DNA of 64,000 nucleotides, from contig JBLIOE010000010.1 in NCBI GenBank assembly GCA_047639555.1, forward strand, positions 20,967 to 84,966, written 5' to 3'. The notes below the pieces were generated by a model. That model saw nothing but the letters and a program-made list of their open reading frames with translations. It was not told where the DNA came from and made no database searches. Numbering within the stretch: position 1 is the stretch's first letter; the number at the start of each line of letters is the position of its first letter. The stretch is from Candidatus Aldehydirespiratoraceae bacterium (GTDB lineage Bacteria; Actinomycetota; Acidimicrobiia; Acidimicrobiales; Aldehydirespiratoraceae). Below, piece by piece: positions 36,701-46,240 of the stretch. The position numbers and the translations under genes were made by a program.

Positions 36701-36835
36701 CGCGAACTTGGTTGCCCCCTCGCCCAGGGATTCTTCTTTGGTCGACCCGCTCCCGCCGATCAATTCCGCGATGACTTCCTCGTTGACGGCCGAGTTCGGA
36801 CCGTCGAAGAATCGACCGCGGGCACGACGCTCTAG
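33761..36835 (+). CDS. membrane sensor: multi-TM domain, PAS, degenerate GGDEF, EAL (probable c-di-GMP phosphodiesterase)
   Basis: About 8 predicted TM helices and a PAS segment. The GGDEF site reads RLDGSTF (35741-35761). The EAL motifs EALARW, ELTES and DDFGTG are intact. Confidence 0.9.
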   Translation: MLIPLWVRVTVGSFVAALLAALTYTTIGSAIAFAYGLYGSWLLVRKARASTGPTGGPWRKLSVVAILAFVGIGARLIHGAMIGEDYPLPSPFADFTIVVLYVVMIMAQYDFVRLRTAGRDLDAWLDALVAGGATAVVLWVGVMHDYVTNAEVDAGERVANVVFFALSIALVTMMFRVMAAPGVRSPAYYLLGGAALSLLATDLGGTIAYAQESDPSILIAFVPLVFGFAGAAGYHPDSAALTARPSDVEPRMRFWRAAVVAAGLALPWLILASNFDSLAASELAVLIATGPIFVTLILWRILRLIQAREMLLRQAESLRDAGDRLLSSNVDPAEIFEIVGNAVEDVVFADIQWLGLVANGECLVGDLPADVVDLVTPALGGEVRMEVTANGRRANLFAVPVPWADGRLAWIVTGTKIQLQRHDRQALRALAREASMALHGAERAAAVAEAEAERRWTRAIVESERRQRALLLHSSDIVAVLSDDWTISYVSPPVESVLDYRPEDLVGSSARNLFAPESMPLIEDLVAMAMATGSSSGEVALIHRSGEFRTLQLVLGDHRGADDINGIIINARDVSKTRALEEQLERDPVTGALNREAFVERMQRQLLHQPSATGLRALVVLQVADLDLVTSAVGYESSDTLLVEVSDRLRSNLRIGDDVARLDGSTFAVLLDRILSSSDLLELTGRIADDVARPLQIADGSVDLQVHSGAVLCTDGAAATELLANGLIAKETAVANSSRVELYEDGIAESYQLQLELRSRMRSALADGEFSLHYQPIIDLERQRVAGAEALARWAHPTRGPVGPNIFIAEAERGGLIEELGQWVIETSAAQLGRWIQDDLIDDDFTLSVNVSARQLTTDLPGIFETALSRFGVPAEKIRIELTESLFATNSETAIDVLSELALRGHTVAIDDFGTGTSNLARLGQYDIHVVKLDRSLIAPLDQPDARATGLVARTLELIEEIGAIAVAEGIETGSQALLLRELGCPLAQGFFFGRPAPADQFRDDFLVDGRVRTVEESTAGTTL

Positions 36836-36879
36836 CGCTGAACCTCTGCTTACGGCCGTTGGTCTGGCAGGCTGCGGGA

Positions 36880-37650
36880 ATGCCGGGAATCACGACAGAT
36901 CGTGAGGGTGCGATCGCCACCCTCTTCATCGACAACCCCGTTCGCCGCAACGCGATGACGGCCGACATGTATGGCGCGGTACCTGCGGCCGTCGCCAACC
37001 TTCTTGCTGATCCTGATGTTCGCGCGTTGATCGTCCGTGGGGCCGGAGACGAGGCATTCGGTGCCGGCTCCGACATCTCCGAATTTCCCACCCGCCGACT
37101 AGGGGATCAGGCCGAGGCTTACGACTCGGCCGAGCACGACGCTTGGGACGCGCTCGCCGCAGTACCGATCCCGGTCATCGCGGCGATCCACGGTCCGTGT
37201 ATGGGCGGCGGCATCGCCATGGCCTTGCACTGCGACGTGCGTATTGCGGCCGACGACGCAAAATTCTCGGTGCCGCCCGCTCGGCTTGGACTGGCGTATC
37301 CGCAGGATGCCCTTGGCCGGCTGGTCGACCTCGTCGGACCGGCCCAGGCGAAGCTGCTGCTCTACACGGCTCGCGTCTTCGACGCGGAGGAGGCTCTTCG
37401 AATCGGACTCGTCCAGGAAGTCGTGCCAAAGGCCGAACTCGATGAGCATGTCGCCAAGCTGGCCACTCAAATCTGCCGACTCGCGCCGATGACACATCTG
37501 GCGACGAAACGATCCGTCGACGCGATCGATGATGACAGCCTTGCGGCCAACGCGGCCCGACTCCGCCGCGACTGCTATGCCAGCAACGACTTCCGCGAAG
37601 GCGTCCAGGCCTTCCTCGACAAACGTCACGCGACCTTCGAGGGTCGCTGA
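36880..37650 (+). CDS. enoyl-CoA hydratase/isomerase family protein
   Basis: Crotonase pattern (...FGAGSDISEF..., ...IHGPCMGGG...). Start taken at ATG 36880. Confidence 0.85.
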   Translation: MPGITTDREGAIATLFIDNPVRRNAMTADMYGAVPAAVANLLADPDVRALIVRGAGDEAFGAGSDISEFPTRRLGDQAEAYDSAEHDAWDALAAVPIPVIAAIHGPCMGGGIAMALHCDVRIAADDAKFSVPPARLGLAYPQDALGRLVDLVGPAQAKLLLYTARVFDAEEALRIGLVQEVVPKAELDEHVAKLATQICRLAPMTHLATKRSVDAIDDDSLAANAARLRRDCYASNDFREGVQAFLDKRHATFEGR

Positions 37651-37668
37651 CGTAGGAGAATCTGTTCG

Positions 37669-38349
37669 ATGACTACCGACCTTCATATGAAATCTGTCGG
37701 AGAGGGACCAACCGTCCTCTTCGTCCACGGCCTCGACTCCGACAGCGCAGTGTGGAGCCCAGTGATCGAGCTCCTCGCCGACCACACCTGTGTCACCGTC
37801 GACCTCCCAGGGCACGGACAGTCGCCCGTCAGCGAGAACCCAACGCGCTACGAGCGCGAGACGATCCTCGCCGACTTTGACGATGTGATCGGGCAACTTG
37901 TTGGCCCGGTTGTCCTCGTCGGCCATTCGCTGGGCGGCTACCTCGGCATGGCTCACGCCCTCACCCGTCCGGGTGCAGTTGACGCGATGGTTCTCGTGTC
38001 GACGGGCCCCGGGTTCCGGGACCCAGCTGCCCGGGAAGGCTGGAACAAGCGCGTCCGAGACAGCGCCAAGGACTACGACATCCCGGAGCTCGCCGCCGCC
38101 GTCGCCTTCCACATCGACAGCATGGTGATCGATCAGATGACCGAACTCACGCTCCCCCTCGCGCTCGTCATTGGCGACGGCGATAAGGCGTACCTCGGTG
38201 CCAACGACTACATGGAGAAAAAGCTGCCGCACGCCGAGCGCACCACCGTCGAGGGCGCACGGCACTACGTCATGCGGTCACACCCCGAATCGGTCGCGAC
38301 CGCCATCCGATCAATGAGCGCCGCGGCGAGCGAATCCTCCAACACATGA
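37669..38349 (+). CDS. alpha/beta hydrolase
   Basis: VHGLDSD oxyanion region and GHSLGG nucleophile elbow. Confidence 0.85.
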   Translation: MTTDLHMKSVGEGPTVLFVHGLDSDSAVWSPVIELLADHTCVTVDLPGHGQSPVSENPTRYERETILADFDDVIGQLVGPVVLVGHSLGGYLGMAHALTRPGAVDAMVLVSTGPGFRDPAAREGWNKRVRDSAKDYDIPELAAAVAFHIDSMVIDQMTELTLPLALVIGDGDKAYLGANDYMEKKLPHAERTTVEGARHYVMRSHPESVATAIRSMSAAASESSNT

Positions 38350-40826
38350 GTGAACGGCTGCCTCTCCCCGTTGATGCGGTGGTGGGGCAGATTCGCGAGC
38401 TGTTACAGACACACTCCACCCTCGTTCTCGAAGCACCGCCCGGAACTGGCAAGACCACCCGGGTGCCGCCCGCGCTCCTGGAGGCGGACTGGCTCGGTGA
38501 TGGGAAGGTCCTCATGCTCGAGCCGCGCCGGGTCGCGGCCCGCGCGGCAGCCGAGCGAATCGCCGCCGAATGCTCCAGCGTGGTGGGCGAGCTGGTCGGC
38601 CTCCGAACGCGTTTCGACACTCGAGTCGGTCCGAATACGAGAATCGAAGTCGTCACTGAGGGCGTCCTCACCCGGATGCTCATCGCCGATCCCGGTCTCT
38701 CCGGTATCGGCGCGGTCATCTTCGACGAGTTCCACGAAAGGAGCATTCACGCGGACACGGGCCTGGCGTTCGTCCGAGAGACGGTTCAGGCGCTGCGGGA
38801 AGACCTTCGGATCGTGGTGATGTCGGCAACCCTCGGAGCGACCGAACTCGGCGCCCGACTCGAGACTGATGCGATCATCACCGTCGCGGCGCCGCTATAT
38901 CCGGTCGAGCTCCGTTATCGACCACCTGCGCCCGGTCGCCGCGTCGACGACGACACCGCCGATGCCGTTCTCGAAGCGATGCAGAGCGCGAACGGCGACG
39001 TGATCGTGTTCCTTGCCGGTGTGGGAGACATCAACCGCACCGAGCAGGCGTTACGCAAGCGACTGCCACCCGACGTGGTGATCACGCCACTGCATGGTTC
39101 TCTTCCGCCCGCCGAGCAAGACCGGGCCTTGCGTCGCGACGCCAGCGGCAAACGAAAGATCGTGCTGTCCACCCCCATCGCGGAAACCAGCGTGACGATC
39201 GACGGTGCCCGGATCGTCGTCGACAGCGGCCGCCGGCGCCGACCCGAACATGATCTCGGGCGAGGCATGAGCCGCCTCCGCACCGTGAACGCGAGCCAAG
39301 CTGCCACCGAACAACGGCGAGGACGGGCCGGGCGACAAGCCCCCGGACTTTGTGTCCGACTCTGGCCGGAGATCGAGCAGGAGCACCGCCGCGCCGATGA
39401 ACCTCCCGAAATCCTGACCAGCGACCTCACCGCACTTGCTCTTCAGATCGCCGCATGGGGAGCGGTTGACGTAAATGAACTCCCCTGGCTTGACGAGCCG
39501 CCGGCCGCGGCCCTCGCCGCCGGCCGAGGGGTCCTCACCGCACTCGGGGCGATCGACGACGAGCGGCGGCTCACCAGCCACGGCCGAGAGGTCGCGGCGC
39601 TCGGCACCGAGCCCCGGCTTGCCCACATGATGATTCAGGCGAAGACCATCAACGCCGTCGCCACCGCCTGTGATGTCGCCGCACTGCTCTCTGACCGCGA
39701 CATCATGACGGGCCGCGATCGGTCCGCTGATCTACGTAGCCGCGTTGAAGCATTGGCCATCGGCGGCCCGCGCGTCGATGCCGGCCGCCGAGGCCGGGCG
39801 AAAGACACGGCCCGCCGATGGCGTCGCCGCTTCGATGTGGCGAACGTCCCCGCCGAACTCGATCTTGTTGGTCCGGTCATCTCGCTGGCCTTCCCGGACC
39901 GGATCGCGCAACGCCGCACTGAACCAGGCAGCTTCTTACTGGCATCCGGCACCGGCGTCGCCACCGAACCGAACGACACGCTCGCCCGTGAGACTTTCCT
40001 GGCTGTGGCCGAGCTCGACGGGGTGGCCGCGGACGGACGGATCGTGCTCGCCGCCCCCATCGACCGCGACGATCTCGACCGCCTCCACGGCGAAGCGATC
40101 GAATACCACAGTCGCGGCGAATGGGACCGCCGTGCCCGTGACGTGATCTTCGAACGCCAGGAACGCTTGGGTGCGCTCGTACTTCGTCGAGAGGCAGACA
40201 CGAACCCCGATCGAGACGCGCTCAACGAGGCGCTCTTGGCCGGAGTCCGTCGTGAGGGTCTTGGGCTCTTGCGTTGGAGCGAAATCGACCGCCGCTGGCG
40301 CGACCGACTGCAATTCCTCCACGATCACGACAGCGAACATTGGCCCGACATGAGCGACGAGGCGCTTCTCGAGCGACTCACCGACTGGCTCCAACCCCAC
40401 CTTGGGTCCGCTCGGCGTCGCGCTGATCTCGAGATGCTCGATGTGAAGAGTGCGCTCAATCAGGAGCTCGACTGGCGGCAGGTGCGCGAGGTCGAACGGC
40501 TCGCCCCCACACACTTCGACGTCCCGTCCGGGTCCCGCATTCCGATCGACTACGCGACCGAGGGCGGACCCGTCCTCGCAGTCCGGCTGCAAGAGGTCTT
40601 CGGCCTCGCGGCTACACCGACGGTGCTGGACGGCAAAGTTCCCCTCGTCGTTCATCTACTATCCCCGGCTCACCGCCCCGTGCAGGTCACGAAGGACCTC
40701 GCATCGTTCTGGTCTTCCGGTTACGCGGAAGTGCGCAAAGAACTCCGCGGTCGATACCCGAAACACGAGTGGCCCGAAGACCCCACGACGGCGCCCGCAA
40801 CATCGAAGGCACGGCGCCGACGGTAG
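38346..40826 (+). CDS. hrpB: ATP-dependent RNA helicase HrpB
   Basis: DEAH-box motifs (APPGTGKTT, DEFHER, SATL, TPIAETSVTI, QRRGRAGR) and the HrpB-type C-terminal domain. ATGA overlap with the upstream gene. Confidence 0.9.
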   Translation: MSERLPLPVDAVVGQIRELLQTHSTLVLEAPPGTGKTTRVPPALLEADWLGDGKVLMLEPRRVAARAAAERIAAECSSVVGELVGLRTRFDTRVGPNTRIEVVTEGVLTRMLIADPGLSGIGAVIFDEFHERSIHADTGLAFVRETVQALREDLRIVVMSATLGATELGARLETDAIITVAAPLYPVELRYRPPAPGRRVDDDTADAVLEAMQSANGDVIVFLAGVGDINRTEQALRKRLPPDVVITPLHGSLPPAEQDRALRRDASGKRKIVLSTPIAETSVTIDGARIVVDSGRRRRPEHDLGRGMSRLRTVNASQAATEQRRGRAGRQAPGLCVRLWPEIEQEHRRADEPPEILTSDLTALALQIAAWGAVDVNELPWLDEPPAAALAAGRGVLTALGAIDDERRLTSHGREVAALGTEPRLAHMMIQAKTINAVATACDVAALLSDRDIMTGRDRSADLRSRVEALAIGGPRVDAGRRGRAKDTARRWRRRFDVANVPAELDLVGPVISLAFPDRIAQRRTEPGSFLLASGTGVATEPNDTLARETFLAVAELDGVAADGRIVLAAPIDRDDLDRLHGEAIEYHSRGEWDRRARDVIFERQERLGALVLRREADTNPDRDALNEALLAGVRREGLGLLRWSEIDRRWRDRLQFLHDHDSEHWPDMSDEALLERLTDWLQPHLGSARRRADLEMLDVKSALNQELDWRQVREVERLAPTHFDVPSGSRIPIDYATEGGPVLAVRLQEVFGLAATPTVLDGKVPLVVHLLSPAHRPVQVTKDLASFWSSGYAEVRKELRGRYPKHEWPEDPTTAPATSKARRRR

Positions 40827-40930
40827 AACTCGGCTTCAGCCACAGCCTCAACCAATGATCCGCCCGGTCACCGGGACAACGACCCGAGCGCCCTGGATCT
40901 CCGCCGCCGCCTGGAAAGGGTGCCGGTCGT

Positions 40931-41634
40931 TTACAGGACAGCATCATCGAGCGATTCAGACAGTGGCCCCACGATCACTTCCTCCAGGGAAGAGACAGAG
41001 AGCTCCGGCGCTGTCCCAGGGGCGACCGCCGCACGCACCAGGCGGCCCTGAAGCACGCTGCGAACCGTGCCGGGCCCTCGCTCGGCACCGACTCCCACCC
41101 CACGAGTGAGCGGCATACGTTCATGACACCACTCGCCGGCGCCGTGGGCGAGACTGCCGCGGCCGATCGGAACGTAGATGGCGTCTATCTCGCCCGGGAT
41201 GTGTTCGAGTTCGGCCGCCATCGTGGCGGCACCCTCGGACAACTCAATGTGGTCGCCATCATCGACGAACCGTCCGTCGACCAGCGATGAATAACGGCGG
41301 GCTTCGGCCCGCGCTTCGTCGGAAGACTCACCATCAAGTCGGACGATCGTGCCGGAGTGCCGAAGGTACTCAACCTTCGCGGGATCGGAATCGACCGGGC
41401 CGAAGAGTTCGAATTCGATGCCGCGGCTGCGGCCCGCGAATGCCATCGCTATTCCGAAGTCATCGGCGCTCGCGCCCACGACCCGGTGGGCGTCGTGGTC
41501 TCCACCTTCAAGATCACTTCGATTCCGAGCAGCCGAGATAGTGGCTCACTTCGGTACTGAGGCGAGCGCAAGAAAGGGCTTGGAATAGCCGAAGCGGCTT
41601 GCACTACTCGGTCGAGATCGATGGACGGCTTCAA
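40931..41634 (-). pseudogene. decayed fold-type II PLP enzyme (threonine dehydratase / cysteine synthase family)
   Basis: The N-terminal piece (41449-41634) ends ...KVETTTPTGSWARAP*. The remainder (40931-41479) continues in another frame as GASADDFGIAMAFAG.... The PLP-lysine segment (canonical GSFK.RGA) is missing. Total length is about 234 codons against the usual 300 or more. Confidence 0.5.
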
Positions 41635-42773
41635 CCCCCGATCGCGCCCTCAGCGCGAAGGACGTCAATCTCGTCTCGTGAGAATCCCTGAGCGGCGAGG
41701 ACCGCTTCAGTGTCGGCACCCACCCAGGCCGGCGAAGGCCGAATCTCACCCGGTGTACGAGAGAGAATCGGCACGGGAACTACCTCGGTGCCGTCGTGAC
41801 CCACGAAGGTGCCCCGATCCTGGTGGTGTTGGTACACGCGGGCCTCGTCGTACGTGAGGACGGGCGCCGTGCAGCAATCCGTGCCCTCAAGAATCTCGCA
41901 CCATTCGTCTCTGGTTTTCTCGAGGAATCGCTCAGCGAGCCGCGCCTTCATCGCCGGCCACTGCGCCCGGTCGTATTGCCGCGGCATGTCCGTTTCATCG
42001 ATGTCGATCATCTGGAGAAGCAGCGACCAGAAGTGGGGTTCGATCGGCGCGACCGAGAGATAACCCCCATCAGCGCATTCGTACACCGCATAGAACGGTG
42101 AGCCGCCATCGAAGAGGTTCGTGCCGATCTCGGTGGTGTGCATACCGCTGGCCTGCATGCCGTAGAAGACACTCGCGAGGGAGGCGACGCCATCGGTCAT
42201 CGCGGCATCGACCACCTGTCCTTTGCCGGACTGGCGTGACTCCCAAAGCGCACACATAACACCGAAGGCCATCGTCAACCCGCCGCCGGCGAAGTCGCCG
42301 AGCAGCTGGAGAAGCGGCACCGGTGGGCCGCCAGTCGGACCAACCGACCGGATGACGCCAGTGATGGCTTCATAGTTCAACGAGTGGCCGGCGCTATGCG
42401 AGAGCACGCCGGTCTGACCCCAGCCGGTGAGCCGTCCGTAGACGATCGCCTCATTGCGGGCCATGACTTCTTCGGGCCCCACGCCGAGCCGCTCAGCGAC
42501 ACCGGGCCGAAACGCCTCAAGGAAGATGTCGGCCTTCTCGGCGAGCCGCAGCACGGTGTCGACGCCCGACGCCTGCTTGAGGTCGACGGCGATGGATTGC
42601 CGGCCGCGGTCCCATGACGAGTACGGCTTCGCTTCCTTCTCGTCGGGCACTTCGGAGAGCCGATCGATTCGGATGACATCGGCACCCATGTCGGCGAGCT
42701 TCAACGTGCCAAACGGCAGCGCGCCAAGACCCGCCAACTCAATCACCGTCACACCTGCCAGGGGCCCAGCCAT
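41631..42773 (-). CDS. CoA-transferase family III protein (CaiB/BaiF; alpha-methylacyl-CoA racemase-like)
   Basis: N-terminus LAGVTVIELAGLGALPFGTLKLADMGADVIRIDR is typical of family III CoA transferases. Confidence 0.9.
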   Translation of the reverse strand: MAGPLAGVTVIELAGLGALPFGTLKLADMGADVIRIDRLSEVPDEKEAKPYSSWDRGRQSIAVDLKQASGVDTVLRLAEKADIFLEAFRPGVAERLGVGPEEVMARNEAIVYGRLTGWGQTGVLSHSAGHSLNYEAITGVIRSVGPTGGPPVPLLQLLGDFAGGGLTMAFGVMCALWESRQSGKGQVVDAAMTDGVASLASVFYGMQASGMHTTEIGTNLFDGGSPFYAVYECADGGYLSVAPIEPHFWSLLLQMIDIDETDMPRQYDRAQWPAMKARLAERFLEKTRDEWCEILEGTDCCTAPVLTYDEARVYQHHQDRGTFVGHDGTEVVPVPILSRTPGEIRPSPAWVGADTEAVLAAQGFSRDEIDVLRAEGAIGG

Positions 42774-42878
42774 TCGTACCTCCGCCCCGCGAAGCTAGTC
42801 CGACCACTCATGCGGATGATCGACGGTGGCCAGACTTGCTCAGCCGCCCGCCGTCATCGTCCGTCAGCGCGGGGCGAC

Positions 42879-44711
42879 CTAGACCGGACTTCCCGCAAGG
42901 CGCCAGAGGAACGTAGCCATCTGGGCCCGCGACACGCGGTCGTCCGGGGCGAAACGATTGCCGCCGACACCGGTGGTGATCCCGCGATACAGCAACCAGT
43001 CGACGGCATCGGCGTAGTAACGCCCCGCCGAGACATCGGTGAAGCCAGCGGCCGGCGAGCCGGTAGGTGAGCCTTCGAGGCGCCACAAGAACGTGGCCAT
43101 CTGCCCACGAGTCACGACGTCTTCGGGGGCAAATCGATTGCCGCCTACCCCGGTCGTAATACCCTCGTTCGCCAGCCAGTCGACGGCCTCCGCGTAGTAA
43201 CGGTTGCGGGGAACGTCGGAGAAGCCAGCCTCGGGTGCGCCGCTCGGCGTGTTGCGATAACGGTGGAGGAAAGTCGCCATCTGTCCGCGAGTGACGTCGT
43301 CGTTCGGTGAGAACTGGCCGACACCGGTACCGGTTGTGATGCCGGTCGCGCCGAGCCAACCGACTGCAGTGGCGTAGTACGCGCCGGTCGGCACATCTAA
43401 GAAGACGCTGTCCGCGCTCCCCTCGTCGAGGAGGGAGAGCGGTGCATAGTTCGCGCCGAGAATCTCTTGCGAGTCACCGTCCATCCACTGGTCGAGGACG
43501 CTCGCGTAGACCGAACGGAAGTCGACATGGTGTTTCATGTCGCCTCGCGAATCGAGATTCGTCAGCGACGGCTGTTGGCCATGATGGCCACCCGCTGCTC
43601 GCGAGCTGATGAACATCATCATTCCGGCGGTGCCATGGTCTGTGCCGCCCGAATTGTTCGCCTCCACCCGACGACCAAACTCGGAGAACACCATCATCGC
43701 GGTGCGTCCGGCGAATGCCGGCGCCAGGTTGGTGAAGAAGGCGTCGATTCCGGCGTCGAGCTCAGTCATGAGATCGTCATGGTCCGGACGCTGGCCTTCA
43801 TGGCTATCGAATCCGCCCAGCGATACGTTCACGACGCGGGTGCCGAGATTGAGATTTATCACCTGAGCGGCGAGACCCAGTTCCCGGGCCAGGCCCTCTT
43901 CGGCGAGACCTTCGACGTAGGCGGGCTGAATCGTTTCGGCGGTATCCACCGCATCCCGGAACGACGCACCGATGTCATCACCGAAGGCACCACCGATCCC
44001 GCCGTCGCCATAGTCGGCAACGGCCTCGATGGCGAAGCGTTCCCAGTCTTCGGAGCGGTTGGCACCGAAGAGGGCCCCGTTGGGCGGCAGTCCCACCGCC
44101 GACGATTGCGCGCCGCGAAGAAGCATTGGAATGCCGCCCCAGCCGACGTGCACCATGCCCAGGCCATCGAGGCCCATGCCGTCGGCGTATCGACCGAGCC
44201 AGCCGGTGGGGTTGGCCTGGCCGGAAACTCCGGCAAACCATGTCGCCATCGACGAGAAGTGGCTGTGGTCGTCCCCGGCTTCGCCGACGCCCTTGATCAG
44301 CGCGACCTGACCGGAGTCGTAGCGGGCCTTCAGGTGGCCCAGGTTTGGGTGCAGGTGCAGCCCGTTGCCGACATCAGTCGATCCATCGACGGCAACCGCA
44401 AGGCCGCCACGGGCGGACTGGTACGCGCCGTCGTTGGCTGGAACGAGCGTGTTGAGATGATCGTTGCCACCGTTGAGGAACACCGTGACCAGCACGCGGT
44501 CGCTCATACCGAGCGGCGTCGCAGCCGCGGCGATCGAGTCGAATATGGCGGGCATCATGCCCACCGCCCCGCCCGTCGCCAGAGCCCCTTGGAGGAACCG
44601 GCGGCGAGCGAACCCGTCTGAGCCGTGGTCCTCCCGTGAGAGTCGGGCGTATGCGATATCGGCCTCCGTCGGTCGCACCAGACGCCGATTGGGTTGGATC
44701 AGTGAGCGCAA
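42879..44711 (-). CDS. DUF1501 (sulfatase/phosphatase-superfamily-like) protein with Tat signal and three C-terminal SLH repeats
   Basis: ARRRFLQG twin-arginine signal and a DUF1501-like core (FLNGGNDHLNT..., GGFDSH..., GGTDHGT). These are followed by three repeats of about 62 aa with the pattern F.DV...YY..AV.WL...GITTG....F.P...V.R.QMATFL.R. The TTG start is preceded by GAGGGA. Confidence 0.85.
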   Translation of the reverse strand: MRSLIQPNRRLVRPTEADIAYARLSREDHGSDGFARRRFLQGALATGGAVGMMPAIFDSIAAAATPLGMSDRVLVTVFLNGGNDHLNTLVPANDGAYQSARGGLAVAVDGSTDVGNGLHLHPNLGHLKARYDSGQVALIKGVGEAGDDHSHFSSMATWFAGVSGQANPTGWLGRYADGMGLDGLGMVHVGWGGIPMLLRGAQSSAVGLPPNGALFGANRSEDWERFAIEAVADYGDGGIGGAFGDDIGASFRDAVDTAETIQPAYVEGLAEEGLARELGLAAQVINLNLGTRVVNVSLGGFDSHEGQRPDHDDLMTELDAGIDAFFTNLAPAFAGRTAMMVFSEFGRRVEANNSGGTDHGTAGMMMFISSRAAGGHHGQQPSLTNLDSRGDMKHHVDFRSVYASVLDQWMDGDSQEILGANYAPLSLLDEGSADSVFLDVPTGAYYATAVGWLGATGITTGTGVGQFSPNDDVTRGQMATFLHRYRNTPSGAPEAGFSDVPRNRYYAEAVDWLANEGITTGVGGNRFAPEDVVTRGQMATFLWRLEGSPTGSPAAGFTDVSAGRYYADAVDWLLYRGITTGVGGNRFAPDDRVSRAQMATFLWRLAGSPV

Positions 44712-44722
44712 TAGTCAATCCC

Positions 44723-46123
44723 TCAGTAGACCTGGAACTCGGGGCACAACGCGCCAATCAGGAACCCCTGCGGCGGAGCGGCCCAGCGGCTCGCCGAGTA
44801 GGTCCGCCGATGCCATCGCTCGACCGCATTGCGGGTGGTGGCGGAGATTTCTTCGAGTCCAAAGAGGTCAAAGATCGCATTGGCCGCTGCGGTGTCGTTG
44901 TTCGAGTCGGCCAGCCCGGCGAGGAGCCCGGCGGACTCGGCGCGCCAGCGTTGACCGCGGGCAAAACCGCCGCGGGCCCAGGCCGAGACGGTGCCGAGCC
45001 AGTACTCGCCCTGCCCCCAGCCAGCAACGCTCGGCGGGTCGAAGAGCGTCATACCCATCGGGGCCATGGTCCAATGCAGGCCCATGTCGTTGGCGGGTAA
45101 ACCCGACCGGCGGACCAGGCTCGTCACGAACTCAACGGGACTCTTCACGAGTCCATGGCGTGCGGCGGAGCCCCAGAAGTCGTCGTGGAGGAGGATTGCC
45201 CGAACGAGCGGGGCGATCTCCATACCGCCGCCGACAAAGGCATCAGCCAGGCTGTTGATCGTTGCGTCGGTCGGGTTCAGGTGGGCGAAGTAGCGGAAGA
45301 GCTTTCGAGCGATGAACCGGGCGGTCGCCTGTTGCTTGACGCCGTAGACCAGCTCCGTGATCGTGTCGCGTTCGCCGCCGCTGACCCGGATGCCATTCCA
45401 GTTCGCGGTGATACCGAACAGTTCCTTTTGTTGATGGTCGTGCTCGTTTGAGCGGTAAACGTAGGTCGCGTCCCAGCGACTACCCGTCCATCCGGCCGTG
45501 TTGTGGCCCGTCCACGCTCGCGCCATTGAAACGACGTCTTGTTCCGTGAAGTTGCCGACACCACAGGTGTAGAGCTCCATGAGCTCACGAGCAAAGTTCT
45601 CTTGGATCCCGCTGGCGACATTCGACTGGTTGTCGAGGAAGACCAGCATCGCCGAGTGGACCGCGGTCGAACGCACCAGCGCGTCGAAGTTGCCGAGTCC
45701 GTCTCGGCGATACATCCTCATCTGATCCCACATCACCGGGAAATCGAAGATCTTTTCCTGCGCACAGCTGAAGTGTTCGTGCCAGAAGAGGGTCATCTTC
45801 TCGTGCAGCGGCAGGGGGGCGCTTGTTGCCGGCACGACACCGGGATTGGAGGTCGGATTGCCGAGATCCGCCATCCGTTGCACCCACCACTCGATGCCGT
45901 CGCCCTGGGCCTCCCACTGCGACTCGTTGCGCACCCAGCCGGGTTCACCGACATCAGGGGCCGGCGGCGCGGCATCGGCGCTCGTGAAACCCATGGCCGC
46001 GTTGACCGCTGTCTCTCGTGTCATTCCGGTGAGCGCGCTGAGCTCGCCCCCCGATCCTCCAAAACCCGTCCGCCGCAACAAATGTGCGGCGTCCTGGCGG
46101 GACATTGTGTCCGACGCTGGCAT
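44723..46123 (-). CDS. DUF1800 family protein
   Basis: AAHLLRRTGFG N-terminal signature. Its position immediately upstream of DUF1501 is the usual pairing. ATG 46123 is preceded by GGAGAAAGG. Confidence 0.85.
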   Translation of the reverse strand: MPASDTMSRQDAAHLLRRTGFGGSGGELSALTGMTRETAVNAAMGFTSADAAPPAPDVGEPGWVRNESQWEAQGDGIEWWVQRMADLGNPTSNPGVVPATSAPLPLHEKMTLFWHEHFSCAQEKIFDFPVMWDQMRMYRRDGLGNFDALVRSTAVHSAMLVFLDNQSNVASGIQENFARELMELYTCGVGNFTEQDVVSMARAWTGHNTAGWTGSRWDATYVYRSNEHDHQQKELFGITANWNGIRVSGGERDTITELVYGVKQQATARFIARKLFRYFAHLNPTDATINSLADAFVGGGMEIAPLVRAILLHDDFWGSAARHGLVKSPVEFVTSLVRRSGLPANDMGLHWTMAPMGMTLFDPPSVAGWGQGEYWLGTVSAWARGGFARGQRWRAESAGLLAGLADSNNDTAAANAIFDLFGLEEISATTRNAVERWHRRTYSASRWAAPPQGFLIGALCPEFQVY

Positions 46124-46240
46124 GACGACCTTTCTCCACCCGCTGAACTGTAAGTACTCGCCTACACAGTTCTTTCGGCCTGAAGCTGCCCGCACTTGAA
46201 GGGTATGGCGACCCGCGACCCCGAAGGGATCAGACCTGGG

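Noticed and set aside
37099-38265. 388-aa minus-strand ORF across the enoyl-CoA hydratase and alpha/beta hydrolase genes
   Set aside because: Same reasoning. It is antisense to recognisable genes and its composition is typical of a spurious high-GC ORF.
43467-44621. 384-aa plus-strand ORF. Similar long antisense ORFs lie at 50303-51667, 34028-35035, 24346-25341, 11138-11854 and 48279-49082.
   Set aside because: All lie opposite genes with clear family signatures, and none has a recognisable motif. They are high-GC artefacts.
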